A stretch of DNA of 64,000 bases from Prevotellaceae bacterium UBA1746 (GTDB taxonomy: Bacteria; Bacteroidota; Bacteroidia; Bacteroidales; Bacteroidaceae), in assembly GCA_905369775.1 (NCBI GenBank), contig CAJPJR010000002.1, forward strand, positions 44,427 to 108,426, given 5' to 3'. The notes beneath the pieces are model-generated. The model was given only the letters and a program-made list of their open reading frames with translations. It did no database searches and had not been told where the DNA came from. Position 1 is the stretch's first letter. The number at the start of each line of letters is the position of its first letter. A program made the translations under genes and the position numbers. Positions 51,827 to 61,496 of the stretch are shown here, piece by piece.

Positions 51827-53671
51827 ATGACAAAAGAAGAACGCGAGGCACTCGAAGCGCACCTCAAAGGCATCGTACAGAACCTCCCCGAGAAGCCGGG
51901 GAGCTACCAATATTATGACGACGAAGGGACGATTATCTACGTCGGAAAGGCCAAAAACTTGAAGCGTCGCGTTTCTTCGTACTTCAACAAGGAGCAACAA
52001 AGCCGAAAGACGGCACTGCTCGTTTCGAAGATCCGAAACATCACCTACACGGTGGTGAATTCGGAGGAAGATGCCCTCCTGCTCGAAAATTCGCTCATCA
52101 AGCAATACAAGCCGCGCTACAATGTATTGCTCAAAGACGACAAGACCTATCCTTATATTGCCATCTCGAACGAATACCTCCCCCGTGTTTTCAAAACGCG
52201 CCACCGCGAACGCCGCGGTGCCACCTATTACGGGCCGTACAGCCACCTGCCGACCATGTATGCCCTCCTGGATCTCTGCCAACGCCTCTACCATCCGCGG
52301 CCTTGCCACCAACCGATGACGGAAGAAGGGGTGAAATCGGGGAAATACGACCTGTGCCTGAATTACCACATCCGCAAATGCGCCGGTCCCTGCGTACTCG
52401 GCAAACAATCGCACGAGGACTACTTGCGCAATATCGAAGCCTGTCGCGAAATTCTCAAAGGACACACGCGCGAAGTGGCGGAGAAACTGCGCGAAGAGAT
52501 GGCGACGCTTGCCGAACAACTCCGATTTGAGGAGGCGGCGGCGCTGAAAAAGAAGTATGATCTGGTGGAGAACTTCCGCGCGAAATCGGAGGTGGTGTCG
52601 AATGTGAGCTATGATATCGACGTTTTCTCCATCGAAAGCGACGAGAAAATCGCGTTTATCAACTTCCTGCACGTGGTCAACGGAACCATCACGCAGTCTT
52701 TCACCTTCGAATTCAAGAAAAAGCTCGATGAAAACGACGAAACGCTCCTCGCCTTGGGCATTGTGGAGATGCGCGAGCGCTTTTCGTCTCGGTCGCCGGA
52801 GATTGTGCTCCCCTTCCTCGTGGAACTTCCCGAGGGATATGCCAAACAGGTGGTACCGCAAATGGGCGGAAAGCGTACGCTCCTCGATCTTTCGCGCCAA
52901 AACGTGAAGCAATACAAGTTCGATCGCCTCAAACAAGCCGAAAAACTCAATCCGGAACAGAAACAGGTGCGGCTGATGAAGGAAATACAGACGCAATTGG
53001 GACTGCCCTCCCTGCCGATGCGCATCGAACTCTTCGATAACTCCAACATCTCGGGCGAAGATGCCGTGGCGGCCTGTGTGGTTTTCGAAAAGCTCAAGCC
53101 CGCCAAGAAACTCTACCGGAAGTTCCATATTAAAACGGTGGTGGGGCCGGACGACTACGCCTCGATGCGCGAAGTAGTCGAACGACGCTATTCGCGACTG
53201 GCCGAAGAAGGGGAAACGCTCCCCGATCTAATCATTGCCGACGGTGGAAGCGGGCAAATGGAGGCTATTCGCGAGATTGTGGAAGACCGTCTCGGTCTGA
53301 AAATCCCCATCGCGGGGCTGGCAAAGGACAACCGACACCGCACCCGCGAGATGCTGTTCGGCAATCCCCCCGTGTCGGTGAGTATTGCGCTCGACAGTCA
53401 ACTATTTAAGCTCCTCACTCGCATGCAAGACGAGGTGCATCGCTTCGCCATCACCTTCCATCGCCAACAACGCTCGAAGCGACAAGCGGCATCGGCCCTG
53501 GATGCCGTGGCGGGCGTGGGCGAAAAGACGAAAAAGCAACTGATTGCTCATTTCGGCAGTGTGAAACGCGTGAAAGAGGCCCCAATGGAGGAGTTGCAAA
53601 CGCTGCTCGGTGCGAAACGAGGGGAGAACATTTATCGACAATTGCACGAAGAAACCGAATTAAAACAGTAA
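51827..53671 (+). CDS. uvrC: excinuclease ABC subunit C
   Basis: GIY-YIG (PGSYQYYDDEGTIIYVGKAKNLKRRVSSYF), UVR domain, RNase H-like and HhH domains. Confidence 0.93.
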   Translation: MTKEEREALEAHLKGIVQNLPEKPGSYQYYDDEGTIIYVGKAKNLKRRVSSYFNKEQQSRKTALLVSKIRNITYTVVNSEEDALLLENSLIKQYKPRYNVLLKDDKTYPYIAISNEYLPRVFKTRHRERRGATYYGPYSHLPTMYALLDLCQRLYHPRPCHQPMTEEGVKSGKYDLCLNYHIRKCAGPCVLGKQSHEDYLRNIEACREILKGHTREVAEKLREEMATLAEQLRFEEAAALKKKYDLVENFRAKSEVVSNVSYDIDVFSIESDEKIAFINFLHVVNGTITQSFTFEFKKKLDENDETLLALGIVEMRERFSSRSPEIVLPFLVELPEGYAKQVVPQMGGKRTLLDLSRQNVKQYKFDRLKQAEKLNPEQKQVRLMKEIQTQLGLPSLPMRIELFDNSNISGEDAVAACVVFEKLKPAKKLYRKFHIKTVVGPDDYASMREVVERRYSRLAEEGETLPDLIIADGGSGQMEAIREIVEDRLGLKIPIAGLAKDNRHRTREMLFGNPPVSVSIALDSQLFKLLTRMQDEVHRFAITFHRQQRSKRQAASALDAVAGVGEKTKKQLIAHFGSVKRVKEAPMEELQTLLGAKRGENIYRQLHEETELKQ

Positions 53672-53681
53672 CTTTGCATAT

Positions 53682-54134
53682 ATGAGAGTCGTTCTTCAAC
53701 GCGTGGCCCACGCAGCTGTCGAGATAGACGGCGCGCCACACAGCAAAATTGGAAGAGGGATCTTGATTCTTTTGGGAATCGAGCCGATCGACACGCAGGA
53801 AGATGCCGATTGGTTGGTGAAAAAAATTGCGGCACTCCGCATTTTCGACGATGAAAACGGGGTGATGAATCGCAATGTCTGCGAGGTAGACGGACAATTG
53901 CTCGTGGTCAGCCAATTTACACTGATGGCTTCGTACAAAAAGGGCAATCGTCCGAGTTACATCCGCGCAGCACGCCCCGAAATCGCCGTACCACTCTATG
54001 AATATTTCGTGGAGCAAATGAAACAAATGACCGGAAAAGCCGTTGAAACGGGCGTTTTCGGTGCAGATATGCAGGTTTCGCTGCTCAACGACGGACCAGT
54101 GACCATCACCATGGACACACACCACAAGGAATGA
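53682..54134 (+). CDS. dtd: D-aminoacyl-tRNA deacylase
   Basis: MRVVLQRV...SQFTL...NDGPVT Dtd motifs; 150 aa. Confidence 0.9.
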   Translation: MRVVLQRVAHAAVEIDGAPHSKIGRGILILLGIEPIDTQEDADWLVKKIAALRIFDDENGVMNRNVCEVDGQLLVVSQFTLMASYKKGNRPSYIRAARPEIAVPLYEYFVEQMKQMTGKAVETGVFGADMQVSLLNDGPVTITMDTHHKE

Positions 54135-54219
54135 CCCACTTCCTGCGCAATGCACACCATGAACACATTATATATAATCCAACCGCCGCACAACAGTGAC
54201 GGCACAACCCACAAAATAT

Positions 54220-55167
54220 ATGGCTGAACAACACCATTGTGGCTGTGAACACGGGCACAACCACGAAATGAGCATTTACGAACAGGCTTTTGCGAAGTAC
54301 GATCTCGAGCTCGACGACGAAAAGGTGGCGCAAGCGGTGCGTCAACTCGTGGCCAATCACCGCGAAAAGTACAACACGCCGGAAGTTCTCCGCACTTTGC
54401 TCTCCACTATTGAGCTGACCACACTGACCGTTACGGATTCTCACGAGAATGTGATGCGGTTTACGGAGAGTGTCAACCGTTGGAGCGACCAACATCCCGA
54501 CCTTCCGCCGCTCGCCACCATCTGTGTTTACCCGAATTTCGCGGGCACGGTGAGCCAAAACCTCCAAGCCGACGGCGTTCGCGTGGCTTGTGTCAGCGGA
54601 GGTTTCCCGGCTTCGCAGACCTTCATTGAGGTAAAGACGACCGAAACGGCGCTTGCACTCAAAGACGGTGCGGACGAAATCGACATGGTCCTCTCTGTTG
54701 GCGCCTTCCAAAGCGGGGATTACGAAACCTGCGCCGATGAAATCGAAGAAATGAAGGCCGTTTGCGGCGAACATCCGCTGAAAGTGATCCTGGAGACGGG
54801 CGAACTGAAGAAGGCCTCGGACATTAAGAAGGCCTCTATCCTTTCGATGTACGCCGGAGCGGACTACATTAAGACTTCCACGGGCAAGGTTGCAGTCGCA
54901 GCCACGCCGGAAGCAGCACTCGTCATGTGCCAATCGATCCGCGAATACCGCGAATTGACCGGTCGCACGGTGGGATTCAAGGCCGCCGGCGGCATTAAAA
55001 CGGTCGATGAAGCCGTGGATTTCTACACCATTGTGGCAGAAACGCTGGGCGAAGCCTATATTAAGGAAGGACATTTCCGTATCGGCACGAGCCGCCTCGC
55101 CAATTTGCTGGCTTCTGCCATTGTGGGCGAAGACATCACGCCGTTCAACAACAAGGGCAACTACTAA
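54220..55167 (+). CDS. deoC: deoxyribose-phosphate aldolase with His/Cys-rich N-terminal extension
   Basis: DeoC TIM-barrel Schiff-base lysine region (ADYIKTSTGK). The N-terminus is MAEQHHCGCEHGHNHEM. The listed ORF starts at GTG 54196; ATG 54220 is preferred. Confidence 0.85.
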   Translation: MAEQHHCGCEHGHNHEMSIYEQAFAKYDLELDDEKVAQAVRQLVANHREKYNTPEVLRTLLSTIELTTLTVTDSHENVMRFTESVNRWSDQHPDLPPLATICVYPNFAGTVSQNLQADGVRVACVSGGFPASQTFIEVKTTETALALKDGADEIDMVLSVGAFQSGDYETCADEIEEMKAVCGEHPLKVILETGELKKASDIKKASILSMYAGADYIKTSTGKVAVAATPEAALVMCQSIREYRELTGRTVGFKAAGGIKTVDEAVDFYTIVAETLGEAYIKEGHFRIGTSRLANLLASAIVGEDITPFNNKGNY

Positions 55168-55370
55168 TTCCGCCCACACTCCCCACACTGCGTTTCCACT
55201 CCCCTACTCGGGTTTTGATACACACAAAAAATCGCCTCCGGATGGTTTCATCCGGAGGCGATTTGCGTTGTTGGCTTTTCGGAGCACGACTAATCGCTCT
55301 TTACATGGGCTGTCGACTTGCACTTAGCGCCAAGCAGCTTTTCTTAGTCGGCGCATTTTCGTCGCAAAAC

Positions 55371-56042
55371 TCACTTTTCTTCTATGAAGTCTTCGCAGGG
55401 CTCATCGAAAAACACGCCTTTCGAGATTTCTTCGAGCGTAGAAGGTGCAAAACGCACCCACTCAAGAGGTTGCCGCTTCCCTTTTTCCGTCTTAAAGTAC
55501 ACGGCTTCGAGACGATAAGGGGAGAAATAAACGATCTGCAGGTGAGTTTCGCCATGCTTTTGGTGGATGGTCAGCACGTTGCTCCGTTCATCGTAAGTGA
55601 CAACCTGCTCTTGATTGCAAGCATCAGCGTCGAAACTTACAAAATCCTTCAGCTTTCCTTTCACCACCGAGAATCCATTGTAAACTGTTCCCACCCATGG
55701 GGAAACCGTATCGGGATCCAATTTGCCCTGTTCCAAGAAAGAGCGCGAACTCATCTTAGCCCAATACGACTGACGGAAGAAAGCTTCGAGTTCACTGCGG
55801 TGCACATTGCGCACCTCCCCCACTGCAGTCACTACCCCCTCGCCTTTTGCAAAAAGGGTGTCGGGTGCCGGCGTGAACATGCTACTTGGCCAGCGCTTTC
55901 GTTCCGCTTCGGGATCAACTTTCGGCTTCTCCGTTTTGAGGGAGTCCGTTTTTTCGACGGGATGAGGGGGAACCGGCACAGGATCACTGCTGTCACAAGC
56001 GTAAACTGCGGCCAAGAGGAAGAGATAGAGGAGTTTTCTCAT
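55371..56042 (-). CDS. lipoprotein of unknown function
   Basis: Internal Met with lipobox LLAAVYACDSS; no recognised motifs. Confidence 0.5.
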   Translation of the reverse strand: MRKLLYLFLLAAVYACDSSDPVPVPPHPVEKTDSLKTEKPKVDPEAERKRWPSSMFTPAPDTLFAKGEGVVTAVGEVRNVHRSELEAFFRQSYWAKMSSRSFLEQGKLDPDTVSPWVGTVYNGFSVVKGKLKDFVSFDADACNQEQVVTYDERSNVLTIHQKHGETHLQIVYFSPYRLEAVYFKTEKGKRQPLEWVRFAPSTLEEISKGVFFDEPCEDFIEEK

Positions 56043-56360
56043 AACTTTATCGGGACGAGGAATCAATGAATACTTTATTTCGGGCGAAATCGCGTGCCGA
56101 CGGGGCACCGCCGTGCTGCTATTGCTGCAAAGCCCCCTTCAGTCCGGCAAAGGCCGGGGCAAAGGAGAGGTTTCTCACCGGTTGCGGAGTGAATCTTGGT
56201 AAGTTTCTGCAACAAACACAAGAATACTACTTGCCCAAATCGCAATCTAACCAAAAAAACAATCACGCAAATTATTTCTATTTCCGATTATAGCAATCAT
56301 CTCTCGACAAAGATAGAAAATTATCCCCTACGTACAAAACTTTCCGGCGCAAATCCGGGC

Positions 56361-56393
56361 AAAAAAATAGAGCGAAACGCTCAAACGTTTCGC
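56361..56393 (-). terminator. intrinsic terminator for ispB; the loop contains the ispB stop codon
   Basis: On the minus strand: gcgaaacg-tttgag-cgtttcgc, followed by tctattttttt. Confidence 0.5.
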
Positions 56394-57355
56394 CCTATGA
56401 CAAAATCAACGTAGGTTTGCAGTGCTTCTCGCACTTCTTGATTGGAAAAGCCGGCCAGTAATTCCAAAGCTTGGCGGCGGTAATCGTCCATCACCGCCTC
56501 GGCATGGGCAATTCCCCCGCGGCTTTTGGCATAATCGATGAGGAAAGCCCGGTCTTCCGGCGTGGATTCCATCGCCTTCACCCGCTGTGCGCAGGCCAGT
56601 GCTTCGGGATCGGCATCAGTTTTCAGCGCATAAATCAACGGAAGGGTCAATTTTCCCTCCAAAAGGTCGTTGCCCCGCGGTTTTCCGATCGCTTCGTCGT
56701 CGTAATAATCGAAGATGTCGTCACGAATCTGGAAACTTGCGCCGATCAAACTGCCCAAAGTGCGTGCTCGCTGCAAGAAATCGGCATCGGCATGCATCGA
56801 AAGCGCCGCCAATTCCCCGCAAGCTTCGAAAAGCGCCCCGGTTTTGCGATGAATGATCTTGAAATAGGTGGTTTCCGAGAAACTTTCTTGTTCTACGTGG
56901 GAGAGCTGCAAAATTTCGCCCTCGGCCAACGTCGCACCGAGGCGCGCCACGGCATCGACAATGCCGATGTGCCCCGTCATAGCCGACTGGCTTAGGGTCT
57001 TTGCCAGCATGTAATCGCCGAGCAGCACCGCTACTTTGTTGTCGTAAACCTTTCTTACACTGGCTTTTCCGCGCCTTTCTTCGCTTTCGTCCACCACATC
57101 GTCGTGAATGAGGGAAGAAGTGTGCAGCAACTCGAGCGAAACGGCCGCATGAAGCGTCGGTTCGGCAATCGTTCCCAGCTCTTTGGCCAACAACAAGACC
57201 AAGATTGGGCGCATCATCTTGCCCTTTCTGCCGCGGACATAGTCCAGCACCCGGCGCATGAAGTCCTCTTCGTGCGTCAGAACACTGTCGAAAAGCTGCA
57301 CATAGCGCGTCAACTCTTCGGCAATCGGCTGTTTAATGCGTTCAAGCTCAGTCAT
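56381..57355 (-). CDS. ispB: polyprenyl (octaprenyl/solanesyl) diphosphate synthase
   Basis: First DDxxD (LIHDDVVDESEERRG) and second DDxxD (IRDDIFDYYDD) motifs; internal start MTELERIK preferred. Confidence 0.85.
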   Translation of the reverse strand: MTELERIKQPIAEELTRYVQLFDSVLTHEEDFMRRVLDYVRGRKGKMMRPILVLLLAKELGTIAEPTLHAAVSLELLHTSSLIHDDVVDESEERRGKASVRKVYDNKVAVLLGDYMLAKTLSQSAMTGHIGIVDAVARLGATLAEGEILQLSHVEQESFSETTYFKIIHRKTGALFEACGELAALSMHADADFLQRARTLGSLIGASFQIRDDIFDYYDDEAIGKPRGNDLLEGKLTLPLIYALKTDADPEALACAQRVKAMESTPEDRAFLIDYAKSRGGIAHAEAVMDDYRRQALELLAGFSNQEVREALQTYVDFVIGRNV

Positions 57356-57489
57356 TTTCTCGAAAACATGCAGGCGCAACGTTCATCCGCCCGGCTCGTC
57401 GGTCGATCCTCGCCCAACAAGCCAAAGCCACGTCCTGCATTTACGCGACAAAAGTACAAAAAAACGAGCAAAGTGCCGATTATAATGCG

Positions 57490-57497
57490 TATTTTTG
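57490..57497 (+). promoter_or_regulatory. -7 promoter box TATTTTTG upstream of polA
   Basis: TAnnTTTG 21 nt upstream of ATG 57518. Confidence 0.35.
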
Positions 57498-57517
57498 AAG
57501 CTCAAAACGATAGAAAG

Positions 57518-60304
57518 ATGCAGAAATTGATGCTTCTCGATGCGTATGCACTCATTTTCCGTGCATATTACGGTCTGATTCGCTCGCCGCGCATCAACTC
57601 CAAAGGCGAAAACACCTCCGCGGTCTTTGGTTTCGTCAATACCCTGGAGGAATTGCTCCGCACCGAACAGCCCGATTACTTGGCAGTGGCCTTCGACCCG
57701 CCGGGAGGCACCTTCCGTCACGAGGCGTTTGCCGACTACAAGGCCCAACGTGAGGAGACCCCGGCCGGAATCAAGTGGGCCGTGCCGGTTATCAAAGAGA
57801 TACTCGAAGCTTATGGGATTGTCACTTGCGAAGTGAGGGGCTTTGAAGCCGACGATGTCATCGGAACGCTCGCACTGCAGGGACAAGCCGCCGGTTTGGA
57901 GGTGATGATGGTCACCCCCGACAAGGATTATGCCCAATTGGTGCGACCCGGCATCACGATGTGTCGACCCTCTTCGGGAAAAAGCGGACTGGAGAAACTG
58001 GACGTGGAGGCCGTCTGCCAAAAATACGAACTCGCCCACCCCACTCAGGTCATTGATATGTTGGCCCTCATGGGCGACGCGGCCGACAACATCCCGGGAT
58101 GTCCCGGCGTCGGGCCGAAGACCGCCGTCAAACTCCTGGCGGAATTCGGAAGCGTGGAGGAACTCATCGAGAAGGTCGACCAACTCAAAGGTTCGCTCCG
58201 ACAAAAAGTGAGCGACCACGTGGAAGACATTCGCAACTCCAAATTTCTCGCCACCATCGTCACGGATGTCCCGGTCGAATTGGATCTCGAGGCCATGAAA
58301 CGCCGCGAACCGAACAAAGAGAAGCTGAAGGCGCTCTTCGAAGCCTGCGAATTTCGCACTTTCATTCAGCGTTTTCTCGGAGAAGCCGCCGGCTCGCGCT
58401 CGAAGAGCACCGAAGGACCGGATTTGTTCGCCAACGAAGCCGCTGAGCAAAGCGCAGAATCGGGCAACTTATCAACAATTTCTGCACAACCCACGTATGA
58501 ATCACTTCAAGACATCGAGCATCAATACGTTCTCATTGAGAATCTGAATGATGCAAAAGAACTTTGCCGAAATTTGTTGACATTCTCCGTCGTATCATTC
58601 GACACAGAAACCACAAATATCGAGGCCATGAGCGCCGAATTGGTGGGAATGAGCTTCGCCGTCGAGGGAAACCGGGCGTGGTATGTGGCTGTGCCGGCAG
58701 ATGCTGCCGAAGCACAACAGTATGTCGATGCCTTCCGCCCCTTCTTCGAAAACGAAGCACAAATCAAGGTGGGGCAGAACCTGAAATACGATCTCACCGT
58801 GCTCTCGCACTACGGCGTGGAAGTGAAAGGCGAACTCTTTGACACCATGTTGGCGCACTACGTCGTGGAACCCGAACAGCGCCACAACATGGACTACCTT
58901 GCTGAGACGCTCCTCCACTACCGCACCATCCACATCGAGGAACTCATCGGCACGGGTCGCCAACAAAAAAACATGCGCGAGCTGCCTCCCGCCGAAATCT
59001 GCGACTATGCGTGCGAAGATGCCGACGTCACGTTGCGCCTCTACCCCCTGCTCCGCGAAAAGATGGCGGAGAGCGACGTGACCTCCGTGTTTTCCCAAAT
59101 CGAAATGCCTTTGCTGCCCGTCCTCGCCCGCATGGAACAAAACGGTGTGCGCCTCGACACCGAAACACTTCGCCAGACCGGCGACGACTTTCGCGCCAGA
59201 CTGCACACGCTCGAGGAGGAAGTCTACACACTGGCCGGGCATGAGTTTACCATCACATCGCCTAAACAAGTCGGCACCGTGCTCTTTGAAGAACTCAAAA
59301 TCTCGGACAAGGCACGGAAAACCAAGACGGGACAATATTCCACCTCCGAAGAGGTGCTCGAATCCCTGCGCGACAAGCACCCCATCGTCGAGAAAATCTT
59401 GGCACATCGTGCCCTGAAAAAGCTCCTTTCCACCTACGTCGATGCACTGCCGAAGCTCATCAACGCGCGCACCGGCCGCGTACACACCTCTTTCAATCAA
59501 GCAGTTACAGCCACCGGCCGCCTTTCATCTTCGAATCCCAACCTGCAAAACATCCCCGTTCGCGGAGAGGACGGTCGCGAAATCCGCAAGGCATTTGTGC
59601 CCGACGACGGCTGTACGTTTTTCAGTGCCGACTATTCGCAAATTGAACTGCGCATCATGGCCCACCTCAGCGGCGACGAGCACATGATCGCCGACTTCAA
59701 CGCCGGCCACGACATCCACGCCGCCACCGCCGCGCGCATCTTCCACAAACCCATCGAAGAGGTCTCGCGCGACGAGCGCCGCAAGGCCAAAACGGCCAAT
59801 TTCGGCATCATCTACGGCATCTCGGCCTTCGGGCTCTCGGAACGTCTCAGCATCCCCCGCGGGGAAGCCAAAGGCCTGATCGACAGCTATTTCGAAACCT
59901 ACCCGAAGGTCAAGGAATACATGAACACGTGCATCGATCGCGCCAAAGAGCGGGGCTACATCCTCACGGAATTCAAGCGCCGCCGCTACCTGCCCGACAT
60001 CAATTCGCGCAATGCCACCGTCCGCGGCTATGCCGAACGCAATGCCGTGAATGCTCCCATCCAAGGCACCGCGGCCGACATCATCAAGGTGGCCATGGTC
60101 GCCATCGATCGCCGACTCCGCGAGGAACAATTGCAGACCAAAATGATTTTGCAGGTGCACGACGAACTCAATTTTTCCGTTCCGCAACACGAACTCGACC
60201 CCGTTCGCCATCTTGTGGTCGAAGAAATGGAACGTGCTTTCCACATGCGGGTGCCGCTGCTGGCAGAATGTGGCGATGGCGCCAATTGGCTCGAGGCACA
60301 CTAA
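57518..60304 (+). CDS. polA: DNA polymerase I
   Basis: 5'-nuclease N-terminus (MQKLMLLDAYALIFRAYYG); 3'-5' exo-like region; polymerase motif A (DYSQIELR), motif B (RRKAKTANFGIIYG) and motif C (QVHDEL). Confidence 0.93.
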   Translation: MQKLMLLDAYALIFRAYYGLIRSPRINSKGENTSAVFGFVNTLEELLRTEQPDYLAVAFDPPGGTFRHEAFADYKAQREETPAGIKWAVPVIKEILEAYGIVTCEVRGFEADDVIGTLALQGQAAGLEVMMVTPDKDYAQLVRPGITMCRPSSGKSGLEKLDVEAVCQKYELAHPTQVIDMLALMGDAADNIPGCPGVGPKTAVKLLAEFGSVEELIEKVDQLKGSLRQKVSDHVEDIRNSKFLATIVTDVPVELDLEAMKRREPNKEKLKALFEACEFRTFIQRFLGEAAGSRSKSTEGPDLFANEAAEQSAESGNLSTISAQPTYESLQDIEHQYVLIENLNDAKELCRNLLTFSVVSFDTETTNIEAMSAELVGMSFAVEGNRAWYVAVPADAAEAQQYVDAFRPFFENEAQIKVGQNLKYDLTVLSHYGVEVKGELFDTMLAHYVVEPEQRHNMDYLAETLLHYRTIHIEELIGTGRQQKNMRELPPAEICDYACEDADVTLRLYPLLREKMAESDVTSVFSQIEMPLLPVLARMEQNGVRLDTETLRQTGDDFRARLHTLEEEVYTLAGHEFTITSPKQVGTVLFEELKISDKARKTKTGQYSTSEEVLESLRDKHPIVEKILAHRALKKLLSTYVDALPKLINARTGRVHTSFNQAVTATGRLSSSNPNLQNIPVRGEDGREIRKAFVPDDGCTFFSADYSQIELRIMAHLSGDEHMIADFNAGHDIHAATAARIFHKPIEEVSRDERRKAKTANFGIIYGISAFGLSERLSIPRGEAKGLIDSYFETYPKVKEYMNTCIDRAKERGYILTEFKRRRYLPDINSRNATVRGYAERNAVNAPIQGTAADIIKVAMVAIDRRLREEQLQTKMILQVHDELNFSVPQHELDPVRHLVVEEMERAFHMRVPLLAECGDGANWLEAH

Positions 60305-60399
60305 CCTAATTCGCAAGAAAACAGGTGCGAAAACAGCTATACACACAAAGAAAATTGCGAAGTATAGGATTCGTTACCATTCATGCCCCACATTGTTTG

Positions 60400-60439
60400 C
60401 CCCTCAACGACCGTTCTCCGTCGTTGGGGGGCACTTTTT
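60400..60439 (+). terminator. intrinsic terminator after polA
   Basis: cccctcaacgac-cgttctcc-gtcgttgggggg with one G-U pair, followed by cacttttt. Confidence 0.5.
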
Positions 60440-60625
60440 CTGCTTAAATGTAGCTGTCGCACACGTCAAATCATTAACTTTGTAACGCATCTAGGAGAGA
60501 GTTCTGCCAAACCAAGGCAAGGACCGCGGTGCGATTCGCGTCTTTCCCAGCGAGCCATGCGAAAATCGACCCCTCTCACCCCACTCTGCTCCCAATACAC
60601 AACCCTCAAAAACAATACACAGAAC

Positions 60626-61042
60626 ATGACTTGCAATTCCTCTTGCAACAACAGCTTCGGTCTCCTCATTCTCCGTCTCAGCACGGGCGGTTTACTACTT
60701 TTCCACGGCGTGGCCAAACTCCTCGGCGGTCTCACTTTCCTTCAGGGCATGCTCGCCGCGAAAGGGCTCCCCGGCTTCTTGGCCTACGGCGCCGTAGTGG
60801 GCGAAGTGCTCGCTCCGTTGGCCCTCATCATCGGGCTCTTCACGCGTGGTGCCGCAGCTGTCGTGGCCTTCAACATGCTGGTGGCCATTGCCATGGCGCA
60901 TCTCAGCACACTTTGCAGCGTCGATCCCAACACCGGCGGCTGGGCGGTCGAGCTCCCCATGCTTTACCTCCTGCCTGCCCTTGCTCTCGTCTTCACCGGT
61001 GGCGGCCGCTTCGCAGTGTCCACCAAGACGTGGTTGGACTAA
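60626..61042 (+). CDS. DoxX family membrane protein
   Basis: 138 aa with 4 TM helices; LLLRLSTGGLLLFHGVAKL is a typical DoxX N-terminus. Confidence 0.75.
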   Translation: MTCNSSCNNSFGLLILRLSTGGLLLFHGVAKLLGGLTFLQGMLAAKGLPGFLAYGAVVGEVLAPLALIIGLFTRGAAAVVAFNMLVAIAMAHLSTLCSVDPNTGGWAVELPMLYLLPALALVFTGGGRFAVSTKTWLD

Positions 61043-61071
61043 ACGGTGCGGTCTTTGTGACACACAGATTC

Positions 61072-61105
61072 AACGGTACAAGCCCCACGCTTGTACCGTT
61101 TTATT
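61072..61105 (+). terminator. intrinsic terminator after doxX
   Basis: acggtacaagc-cccac-gcttgtaccgt forms an 11-bp perfect stem, followed by tttatt. Confidence 0.6.
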
Positions 61106-61383
61106 GGCTGCGTCCAACGGGAAACAAGGCATCTGCACTTCGACAACCTCGCAACTAATGCACGGAAATCGGGAGCAAAAACGCAAAACGCCCCCGATTT
61201 TTCGCAAAATCAGGGGTGTTTTATTTGGCTGTGCGCTACGCTGAGGAAAGGTCTGCGCACTGTGGTGCACTTGTAGCCGAGGAATGCCCCCCGGCACCCA
61301 CATCGCGACTGCCCATCGGACACAACCGACAAGCGCCCCGAAGTTTTGCCCGACTAAAAAGCACAAATCGCGATTTTTCTTGC

Positions 61384-61391
61384 TAAATTTG
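61384..61391 (+). promoter_or_regulatory. -7 promoter box TAAATTTG upstream of rpoN
   Basis: TAnnTTTG about 105 nt upstream of ATG 61497. Confidence 0.3.
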
Positions 61392-61496
61392 CAAACACTG
61401 CGCCACCCTTCTGCCGAGGGGCGCGGTTCCTCATCGCAGAACAGGGAAAAAGCGGCTGCGCTTCGCGTGCGCCCTCCCGTAAAACCACACCCGATC

